From Phoronis australis (lineage: Eukaryota > Animalia > Phoronida), in assembly GCA_002633005.1 (NCBI GenBank), contig NMRA01000711.1, positions 124,496 to 188,495 on the forward strand: a stretch of 64,000 bases of DNA, in the 5' to 3' direction. Shown here in pieces: positions 1 to 10,509 of the stretch. The position numbers and the translations under genes are program-made. Below the pieces are notes generated by a model, which was given only the letters and a program-made list of their open reading frames with translations, had not been told where the DNA came from and made no database searches. Numbering within the stretch: position 1 is the stretch's first letter; each line of letters starts with the position of its first letter.

Positions 1-1032
1 CTAAAAAAATGTGTATTCTCCGTAGCCCTGTAAAAGCAGTCGTGGAAAACACTGCACACACCCACACATATAGTGTATTGGGGACGATCAGAAACTGAGG
101 ACACCTGTGGACAGTCACACCAGTTTTTGGGAATTTTGGAATATATTTTCGAATAACATGATAGCATTATTAGCACCAGCCTACTCTCAAGAATGTGTTG
201 TGTAAGATAGATTTAAAGGTTTGGGTGATGATTCTTCTAATAGATTGATCTGAACCTGTATCGACACTGTTTCACAAGCACTTTGTCTTTCACATGAAGA
301 CCACATCATTCGGCGTACTTTGGTTTTTCGAATGACTTGAAAAATGAGGTCAGCTTTGCCTTGCCCTTGGATTACGATATGTTGTTGCAGCTTAGCAAAC
401 TTTCTTAAAACTATTTGTATTCATTGACAGGCACTCTACTATATGTGCATACAATCAAAGATCGTGTTGTAGATGTGTTGGTGAATCATATCAGCCTCTT
501 TTAGCCACTTGCTAATGGGCAGTTGCCTATTGCCTTAGTATTGGCTTATAGTAGTTAGCATGCTGGCCATTTCAATATGGTAAGCCACTTGAAAGCTAGA
601 TTTACCGAGATCAAGTTGATTTACATTGATTCGTGCAATTTTCCAGGTCAAACTTAAAAAATGCAAATCATTTGGCCCAGCAGTCGTTATGTAAAACTCT
701 TGAATTCATAACTTGAGCATAATTTTGAGTGGCAGTCTGTATATGCGTGGTTATTTGACTGGCATTGTGTGTATGCGTGGTCATTTTTGAACCTTTGGGT
801 TGGCGAGCCCCAATAATCTCTGGATTGTTTTCTTTTTGAGTCGCTGTTCTTGTTGGTGACGGAAATAGATTCCCATCATGGGAGGACTGTTATGAAGCCG
901 ATTGTTTTGAGCCAGTTAAGTAGGATGAAATGCAGTCCTTACTTGAACCATGACATTAAAGTTAGTTAAATATCAAAAAATCATTATTAGATCTTTGCCA
1001 CTGCAGTTGATAGGCAGTTTGGTCATTTGCAG

Positions 1033-1167
1033 GTACGTGATGATGGACAGCGTCCTGGTGTGGTGTATCTGGGTCATATTCCGCATGGCTTCTTCGAGCG
1101 CCAGATGCGACAGTTCTTCTCACAGTTCGGCACCGTTAACAGACTTCGCATCGCCAGAAGCAAAAAG
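1033..1167 (+). CDS. NIFK: NIFK/Nop15-like nucleolar RRM protein, internal exon (upstream exons not identified in window)
   Basis: AG at 1031-1032 and GT at 1168-1169. Encodes [45 protein letters not shown], the RNP2 half of the NIFK/Nop15 RRM. 135 nt, phase 0-0. Confidence 0.92.
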
Positions 1168-2672
1168 GTTATAACTTGCATATATTAACCTATTTGTTAG
1201 GGTAACACATTTAGGTTAACGCCCACATTTTGATTAACGCCCACATTTGCATAGGTTTACGCCCATATTTAGGCTAGCACCAACATTGGTACAAGTTCAA
1301 TGCATTTATTCGCAGACTTAACACAAAAACTCGCCACAGTATGGACAAGGACTTTTGAATATGCTCATGAATTTTGTAATGCTAATTCTAGTTAAGTTTG
1401 TGTTTTCTGTTGAGGAGAACACTGACCCCCAGTTGGCACGTGGCTGTCAGATATTTTTGGCTGCAGACACTCTGTCTGTGGCCAGCCACGTAAACAGAGG
1501 TTCACATTTCTGTTTATCTGATGCGCCGAGTGTTTGATGTACTTAGTCTTAACAATGTGTATCTCCACTACAATCTGCTACGCTCAAATTAGCCACGAAG
1601 TTCTGTTTTTTCCTTTCGATTCTTTGCATCAATGTTTCAGAGCAAATTTTCAATGGCTTCTAATGTTGTAATGAAAGTGTAAGAAGTGTAAGACAAGATG
1701 TTGGTGGAAGTAAATGCGTCCTGCTCAGAAACTGGCTGTGAAAAATCATGTTGTGTGTACACGTTATCTCAAAGGAATGTCCTTAGTTGGTGTGGATACA
1801 CAAGTTGATTGGAGAGGATTGCTCCCGTCTTTTTGTAAAAATATTTTATTGGCATAAGCAGCATTACAAGTAACATGACTTAATAAACACACACACGCGC
1901 GCGCCTATGGGGATAACAGCAAAAAGAGAAAAAAGCCAAATAACTAAATGAGCCATAATGGCTCACCTTTCCAAAAAATTTTGTGATTACAATTGTTTAA
2001 ACATATATTTTTCAACATCGTAGTAGTTAATAATTTCCATTTTGACAACTTCCAAATTTGGTTGAAGGTTTTTCAGTGTGCTTTTGTTCATGTGTAGTTT
2101 CCCAAGACAAATTATTAAATTGTATATTTTTGATCCATCAAATATCTCCCCCAAAATATTTATGGGCATTATTTCAAAAGCTTGATCCGTTTTTTTTGAC
2201 AAATTCATTCCTTGCTCCTGTCTTGGTCCATGTTCATGTTGTCAGGATGGTTATGGGCAGTCCTTAAACTGTTTTGGATCTTAATAGACTTTCAGATATG
2301 GTGACTCCATTAGGTTTTCATTGTGTGCAATTAATTCTGATGGTAGTTACAGAGCAGGACTCAACATTTGTGTGCAATTGGTCATGTTTTGAAAAGTTAA
2401 ATAGTGTAATTTCAGGCCGATAAAGTTATGGATAGGCCCTGACATTGTCACTCAGTTGACTCTTAAAAATTTGAAGAAAGCATTAACAGAAATCCAGGCT
2501 GGATATAAGTAATGTTAGTCAGACTCACGGCACCTCAATATCTGCTGACATCAGAGCTTATATGTGCATTTCATCGGTTTGAAAACTGACAACAGAAATA
2601 CTCCATATTTATGACTTGATCTCTGTCGTCCATCTTTGTTTCATTATTAAACAATTCTGTCATTGTTTGTAG

Positions 2673-2781
2673 ACCGGCAAGATTAAAGGCTACGCTTTCA
2701 TTGAGTTCAAGAGTGATGTGGTGGCGAAGATTGTGGCTGAGACTATGAACAACTACCTCATGTTTCACAGACTGCTCAAGT
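2673..2781 (+). CDS. NIFK: NIFK-like exon (RNP1 of RRM)
   Basis: ttgtag acceptor and gtaagg donor. Encodes [36 protein letters not shown]+t; KGYAFIEF and AETMNNYLM are typical of NIFK/Nop15. Confidence 0.93.
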
Positions 2782-3411
2782 GTAAGGAACTTATACAAAA
2801 TGTGCTCGCTCATGGAGGAATACCTGACAATGAACAAAGATAGTTTCAATACGTGAATAACTCTTGGAGAATGATAAAAGTAAACATATGGAAATTTCAT
2901 TATTTGGAAATACATGAAAAGCACATTAAGTGTGGTGATCATGTGAAGACTTCACGCATTCTCTTGTTTGGTAGCAATTATTTGCAAAAATGATTACATG
3001 GATATTGTGAGGAAAATGACTCATGGGAAGTCTACTTACCATTTTGAAATTGGTCCCAATTTGTTGTAAAGGTAATTTAGGTGATTTCAGGGCTTTGAAA
3101 GAAATGACGACAAGTCATAAATGTTCGGAGGATGGTCTCAAGCAAACTGCCATCTTTTTCTAGTCCAGAAACCAATTCTCATCTGAATAAGGTTCAACTT
3201 GAAATCACTTGTATCGCCTGCATCAAAAGTTCATTATTTTTGATAGAAGGTGGGTTTATAGCTTCAAGTATAATAATGGAAGACTGCTCTTTGACTCTGG
3301 TATTTAGGGGATGTCAATTCCATGTTGGGATCTGTGTTGGTAGACTTCTGTGAGGAGATTGCGAATGCATTGACGTTCCTTGGAGCCCATTTCTGTCTGT
3401 CTGTCCTTCAG

Positions 3412-3626
3412 GTCAGTATGTACCCCCTGAGAAGGTTCATGAGGAGACGTTCAAAGGTTGTGACAGGAAGTTTTCCAAGCCCGTGAGCCATCTGCTGGCC
3501 ATGCAACGACACAACAAGCACCGTGACCCGCTGGCGGAGAAGGCACAGCAGCGCCGACTGCACAAGAAAATGAGTCGCAAGATGAAAACACTTGAACAGT
3601 TGGGTGTCAAGATGTCACTGTTGGGG
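3412..3626 (+). CDS. NIFK: NIFK-like exon
   Basis: ccttcag acceptor in phase 1, matching the previous exon, and gttagt donor. Encodes CQYVPPEKVHEETFKGCDRKFSKP...RHNK...KLEQLGV-like segment. Confidence 0.88.
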
Positions 3627-4123
3627 GTTAGTATTGGCTATTTCAAATATGGTGCCAGGTATGTTGTTTGGGGTACTGGCGCCAGGTATCCATCGAAAAC
3701 TCCTTAAAAGCTGCCAAAAAGCTTCTTGATCCATTGTGGGCACAAGCTTTTACACTTGAAATTGTACTTAACGTTAAAACTTTTGCACAATAGACAAAGT
3801 GCATTTTAACACATGACATATATGTATTCATGGGCAAAGTTAGCGCGCTGTTTTTCGGTGTTCTCCACTCGATAATTAACTATTCCAACTGCTATGATCC
3901 CACTCCATTACGAGTTCTGTTTAACACTGAAGAAATTGTGGCGCTCACGTGTACCAAAGTTCATAACATTATCGGTACAACACAAGTCAGTCGGCAATGA
4001 GGAACTTGGGTCAAATTCTTCATCAGAGAAGGAAATGCGTTGACTAACAACTGATTACAAATAACCAATTTAAAGTTTGAAAATTGTAGGTATAATAGGT
4101 GGCTATATTACTCAAATGTGACA

Positions 4124-4470
4124 ATGACTGACTAGCTGAGCCATATTCACTATGAGACAGTGACTGACTAGCTGAGCCATATTCACTATGAGACAGTGAC
4201 TGACTAGCTGAGCCATATTCACTATGAGACGGTGACTGACTAGCTGAGCCATATTCACTATGAGACGGTGACTGACTAGCTGAGCCATATTCACTATGAG
4301 ACGGTGACTGACTAGCTGAGCCATATTCACTATGAGACGGTGACTGACTAGCTGAGCCATATTCACTATGAGACAGTGACTGACTAGGTGAGCCATATTC
4401 ACTATGAGACAGTGACTGACTAGCTGAGCCATATTCACTATGAGACAGTGACTGATTAGCTGAGCCATAT
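4124..4470. repeat. 36-bp minisatellite, about 9.5 copies, in a NIFK intron
   Basis: Unit gtgactgactagctgagccatattcactatgagaca/g; near-identical head-to-tail copies with no spacers. Confidence 0.95.
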
Positions 4471-5466
4471 TTACTGTGCCGGCCACAGGGTGTAAGATTT
4501 TATTTGATCAGTTTTTTTTTACCCACATTGGGGCAATGGCTGTATAATTAGTATACAGCTTTGCACCAAGGCTACGCGGGACGACACTGCAGTAAATTTG
4601 TGTTATGAACTTTTGAAAGCTGACATGGTAGACGACGTGTACACATAAAGTAAACTTCTGTAGAGAGGGGCCTTTACCGAATGAGCTATATAGCTGTATT
4701 CCTTAATTTATCTCATTGCCTTCACCCACGGTGCAGCCTCAGTGCTGTCAGACGTTAGCCAGTAGGAACTAACAGTGGAAAAAAATCTTTTTTACAAAAA
4801 TGTGAAAGAATAAAAAAGATGTGATTTCTGATATACTGATATAGACTTTATTCATATACTAAATTACATTAACAATGCATGTTTTTGAACTTCTGAATCC
4901 GTAAACTGTTAAGTGTACTAGCACTGCCCTCTTTTGTGGGAATGTTTAGAATAATGGTTGTCCCTTGTATCTGCATTGTGTGCCATGTGTGCTGTGGGTG
5001 CACATCAACGCTCGCGCTTGGCGCGGCTCTTGTTAATAAATTAGAGGCTCTGTGTTCCCTTCATTATCTCAAATGTCTCTTGAAAGTTAAAACAAGTTGT
5101 GTTCAATTACTGTAGACCTTGCTGGGTTATGTACTACACCACTTGCCTTTGTTAATGTGTGGAGTGAAATTTAAGATACCTGTAAATTGAGCCCATTCAA
5201 TAGTAGTTAGGTCCTGTAGATCTTGCGATGTTGTGACAGATGCAATGTACTGTAACTTATGGAATACTACATGTGCTTGATTTTGTCGGAAGTATTCAAC
5301 ATTCTTAGCGTATGATAAAAATCTACAAGTTTGATTACCTTGTATGCAAGTTTGATTACCTGTTATGCAAGTTTGATTGTCCGGTATGCAAGTTTCTCGA
5401 GTTAAAGCCAGGATGGCTTCTCAAGAATTCTGTATCTAAAGTTGGTCCATCAACTTTTGTTTCCAG

Positions 5467-5964
5467 CCTGAGACCAGCCAGCAAATGAGTGATAGTGTGA
5501 TGTCTGGTGAGTTCCATGTTCTGGATGACGAGGAGGCCAGCGACGATGACATCACGTTTAAGACTCCACCGAACACCATCAAGGCTAGCAAGTTGAAAAC
5601 ACCAGGTATAGACTACAAGAAAACACCCCATGGGACGGTGAAAGTGTCAAAGACGCCATTGTCACAGAGAGTGGACATCAAAACGCCCATGTCAAAGCAG
5701 ACAGGTGGCAAAACGTCATTGTCGAAGAAAACCAGTGGCAAAACACCGTTGTCGAAGGAAACTGGCATCAAAACACAATTGAAGGACAGTGTGAAAAAGA
5801 AAATTGTCTTGGACAATACCATGAAAACTGTGTGTGTAGACAAAGTGGAGACTCCTGAGCAATTGAAAACAACAGCTCCAAAGGCTAAGGGCAAGAGGAA
5901 GAGTGTATCTTCAGCAGCAGTGACACCTGTTGTGAAATCTGCTAAAAAAGCAAAAAAACAGTAG
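5467..5964 (+). CDS. NIFK: NIFK-like terminal exon with acidic DDDITFKTP motif and KTP repeats
   Basis: ttttgtttccag acceptor in phase 0, in frame with ORF 5485..5964. DDEEASDDDITFKTPP resembles the NIFK C-terminal acidic motif. Ends TAG TGA; AATAAA near 6265 and 6725. Confidence 0.82.
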   Translation, partial: PETSQQMSDSVMSGEFHVLDDEEASDDDITFKTPPNTIKASKLKTPGIDYKKTPHGTVKVSKTPLSQRVDIKTPMSKQTGGKTSLSKKTSGKTPLSKETGIKTQLKDSVKKKIVLDNTMKTVCVDKVETPEQLKTTAPKAKGKRKSVSSAAVTPVVKSAKKAKKQ

Positions 5965-6829
5965 TGAAGGGAATCGGTGGACAATAATATCTGGAGACAC
6001 TTTTGATGTGTTAAGTTTTAGAAAGTTAAAAGGATTATCCGAGAAATGTGCTTTTGGTTTATTCTGTGTGGTCTTTAATGCAGTCTCGTGTAGTGGTTGC
6101 TTATAATGAACTGTGACATAGAGAATATGGACACCTCACAACGTTTCTCATTTTCCTACTTTTTAGAGGTATTCGTACCTTTTTCTCAAACTCCTTCCTT
6201 TTTCTTTTTTTTGTCAACTATATTTCTTGAATATAATGAAAGAACATTGAGTTATCAGAACTAAAATAAAATACAGTAACCATCATGGTACACGTAACTA
6301 TCAAATTTTCAGACTTTTGGATTTCTCAATATCTTTGACACAAGGAACTCTGGTATTCCAAGAAAGGCATCTTGAATTAAGGTTGTTATATTTGGTCATT
6401 TGTTCTTCTTTCAGTCACTAAATGGACATGATTGAAGGCACTTTGTGTTAGACAGCTTAATAAATAATTGCTCGTAGTCTCTATACAATGTCCTATCTTC
6501 AGGCATGCACTTGTGAACCAACACTAAGAGACATAATGGCAAGCGATAGGTGAAATGAACGTGGAAGTTAAATAAACAAGTGAAATAAATGGTAACAGCA
6601 GGTAGAGGGGCGTACAAGCTGAGAGTGTTATTGTATGACAAGTCTCGCAAGCCTAATGAAACTGGGTCAGTGTGTGGTGCACCCTGGTGAGCTGCTCATT
6701 CAGCACAGGTTTTCGTGACTGATCAATAAAGACTCCAAAATCTGTAACCAAAATGTGCCATTTTTTACATAGCAAATGTTGGTATTGTCTACTATTTCCT
6801 AGTTATTTTTTGGCCACGTTGGTGTAAAA

Positions 6830-7330
6830 ATATCTTGAATGAACCTGCCCTGCACCGACAACCAGACAATCTTCGGTAGAGCGAACATACTGTGTGTCCA
6901 ATGTAATGCGGTACACGAGAGTGTGGACAATGAGATTCATCCAGATTATGTGAATTGATAAACAACATGGCATTTGGCCACTGGTCGCAACCTTTCGTGA
7001 CAGGTTGTTTTTCATGGCAAGGTTTTGGGACTTTATATTGTAATAATAACCAATTACATTCAATTTATCACTAGGTTTGACAACCTTAGCCATATCTTTT
7101 ACGATCTTCTTAAGCACATGTTCGGCATTCAGATAATCATTAGACGTATGCTACCTGCTTGCGTGATCATCTGCCTGTGGTCACCGTTTATTTCACTTTT
7201 ACCTATTGCGTGATGATGAGACATGTGGTCTTGAAATATAGCAACTATTTTAACTTGTTTATATGTTGTCTCTTGGCGTTTTGCTTCACAACTGTGTGTC
7301 TGAAGATAGGTTTTATAGACTTCTAGTGAC
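6830..7330 (-). mobile_element. Decayed Penelope-like retroelement fragment (linker + GIY-YIG endonuclease)
   Basis: Minus-strand frames give LKKIVKD..VKP..KLNVIGYY.N.KS.NL.MKNN, then after frameshifts HVVYQFT and CPH...HYIGHTVCSLYRRLS. This is the VVY...YIG.T signature of Penelope GIY-YIG domains, with stops and frameshifts. Confidence 0.7.
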
Positions 7331-8187
7331 TGTATATTAAACCGTCTAACAGAGTGCAGTGGTGCCTTCAGTCAAGTTTGTGTCAATGAAGGGCTGCTAC
7401 CAATCACTAAAAAGAGGGGAGAAGATGGAGATTGGGGGATCATTCATATTGACAAAGTACCCCCAGGCTTGAGCCAAAAATTGCCGAGAGACTCCCTGTT
7501 GCAGGTGCCAGGTCTGCTAATTCCCACCCCATTTTGGGGGGGGGGGTAAGAAGACGGCCAATGTACCTCTTGCAGGAATGAGGCCAATGCAGTGGGCCTT
7601 TTGCAGGAATGAAATGACAATTTAGGGGTTTATTGGACACTGTGGGACCTGCACAACTAGCTGAAAATGTACACGCCTGCGGCCATCTTGCCAAGAGTGA
7701 CCCCCCGGCGATTATCTGGAATCATTTGGGTAAATTTTGGTTGATGAAGCTTGTTCAGCTGAATTTTAATTCAGTCGGTTCTCTTTATTTGTATTTACAT
7801 TGCAAATCCTTTCCAGATTATGTTTCGAATGGTGAAATATAAGTTTCTGCACATAACACAAATTTAACTTGTAAGGGAAAGCTGATCTTAGTTTGAAAGT
7901 GCTATTTGCGTACGACCAGTGTAACAACTTAGGGAGACGTTGGTCTTAGTGTTAAAGAGATTGCGTATGACCTGTGTGCAAGTACCCAGGCTGTGAAATC
8001 ATGCCTTGACAACAACAGTATATTGGACTGGTCAATATTTATTGAGAAAACACAAACCCATAATGATGCAAATGTAATACAAAATAAAAACCTGCCCTTT
8101 GTTACACCTTTTTATTATGGTACCCCCACACAACTACTAAACTAAAAGATATGCCCTAATGCAGTCAATACATGTTACTTACCACCA

Positions 8188-8255
8188 CATGGGCGGTGCA
8201 CCATGGGGGTTGGGAGCTATAGCCCCCCACTTATTTCAGAGCTGCACCGCCCATG
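8188..8255. mobile_element. 68-bp mini-MITE with 13-bp terminal inverted repeat (TIR) and 5-bp TSD
   Basis: catgggcggtgca...tgcaccgcccatg flanked by cacca on both sides (8183-8187, 8256-8260). A related copy lies inverted at 34275-34345. Confidence 0.75.
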
Positions 8256-10228
8256 CACCAACATCTGAGTTTTGCTCGCTCACTATTCAAGTTGTGAGGG
8301 ACAGATATGCATTTTGGGTGACTGGAAACCTCTCTAGTTATGTGGCACCTTAGTGCAATCAGAATCAGTCAAAAATCACACACACATTTATTGCAGGTTG
8401 GGTTGTAGGACGTTCAATTTAGGGAATGTTGAAGTGAGAAACTGCAAAAAGAAAAGAATGGCACACCAATTAGGGAGATGTATTGATAAAACCTCTTAAC
8501 TTTAACTGAATGTAGCGCGAGTTACAGGTTGGAATAAAACCAATTATTAGCAAGACTGTAAGAATAACATCGCATCGCATTGGTTAACACTCAACAATAT
8601 AATATTCAGTTGGAATTATATCTATTGTATACTGCACAGGGTCATGTCATGGCAACAAACTTAAAAGCAGCGAAACGAGCCAGGTGGCAGGCCTGCAATG
8701 TTTTTTGGTTTGACTACAGGAACTAACATGGGGCTGCAGGAGTACTGCAGAACCAGATTAATAGCACAGTACGGACACTTTTCGCATGGCTTACGAAAAA
8801 AAAATTACGACCAAGGACATTATACTCTGTTGGCAAGATTTCTACTGTGCAAGTCGTAAAACTTGAAACATTGGCAGCAGCAAGGTACACTCTTTGAAAA
8901 AACAGCCATTCTTGTGCAAACTGGTACTATCGAATACATCTACTGAATCGTTTGTCAACCCTGTTATTAGGAAAGCATTTACAAAGTGGAATGTATGATA
9001 GGACATCAAGACTTGTACTTTCACCTTAGTCTCCACTGACAGAGATAAGGTGACACAGTGGTCAATCAAATAGTAACCATAACAACAACACCAGAACAAC
9101 AGACGGAATGCTTTCAAAGATAAAATAAATCTTGGATAATCACTTCCTTAAGAATTTTCAGTTAAAATTTTGCTTATCCATACTGTTATGACAATATATT
9201 AGTATTATACAAAAATAAAAGACTAGATGTATAAATAACCACAAACAACTATCCCATTCAGTGGGTAGATTCTTTTTAGCAGACAAAAACTGAAGAACCA
9301 GTGTACGTTTTCTTATCCATCCACTCTCAAACTCTGTGGACATTAATTACAAAAGTATGTTGAGAAACAATTAATGGCCCATGGTCCAACAGAAAATTAG
9401 TTTGAGAATGGACACTGATGAGAGGGTCCAGAGCGTACACTGGTACTGTCTGCAAAAAGAACCCGACCGTTCAATGAATCTAACACACAGATGAAATTAT
9501 TAAGTAAACCAAAGACATTTGCATAGCTTTTTTTGAAATGCCTAGTCATAGCAAATGGCAACTTTTGCACAACCATATGCTTTAAGCATACCCCACGTCG
9601 CAACATTGGTAGCGATTAGTTACAGCCAACACTGAAAAGCTATCTAGAACATAAATCAACATAAATTAATTAATGAAGCTCCAATTCAAAGTCTATATCT
9701 GTCAATGTTAAACTCTTCAATGCAGCGCTTTGAGTTTAAAGGCATTACCAGGTTTAACCACTCTTGAATTACTGTCATGTGCGACTGTAACTAAAGTCGC
9801 AAAGCCACAAGAACCATGTTTGAATATACATGTTTAGGGTTGACCAAACACAATAAAGCCAGGTGTTTTATTGTGTGGCTGATGGTTTCCATGTTCTTCA
9901 CTTGTTCATAATAGAATCCCGTCACAGTAAAGAATGCTACGAAACTGATTTTATGAGTCAGAGTAAAAGGCCTCAGTTGATTTTTAGCCAGCTAAATAGG
10001 ATGCCAAAATGCAGCTCCTAAATAACCCATAAGGACAACTTGAAAACCCCAAAGCAAACAAAATATCTGGATTTCCATCCAGTTCTATACACTCATATCT
10101 ACACTTAACACTTTAGTCACATCACTTGTACACAGTAGTTGAGTCTACTTGTCACTGTCAAGTGAAGTTGATAACTGGGTAAGATATTTCTGAGATTCAC
10201 GTACGTTCACATCGTATTCATGTCTGTG

Positions 10229-10311
10229 CAATCAACTGACCACCAGGTATATCTATGGCAATCAACTGACCACCAGGTATATCTATGCAATCAACTGACC
10301 ACCCGGTATAT
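10229..10311. repeat. About 30-bp tandem repeat x3 in the presumed 3' UTR of the STELLO-like gene
   Basis: caatcaactgaccaccaggtatatctatg repeated three times. Confidence 0.85.
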
Positions 10312-10509
10312 GATATGTATGTTAACGTACAACAATTGAGGAATGTTTAAGTAAACTTTAAAGTTGAATAAATAAAACATCAAATGTATTTGATTGTTTT
10401 AGCATCTTAACACTTAGCATGAGTAGAGAAAAGAATGAATTCATATCATGATCAGCAGGAGTAGACATCAGCCTACTTACACTATAAATTAGCACCAAAA
10501 ACTAGGAAC

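Noticed and set aside
4112-4486. 36-bp repeat array as a CRISPR array or as the 124-aa repeat protein ORF
   Set aside because: Units are head-to-tail with no unique spacers, no cas genes are present, and the context is a eukaryotic intron. The ORF is a by-product of a stop-free 36-mer.
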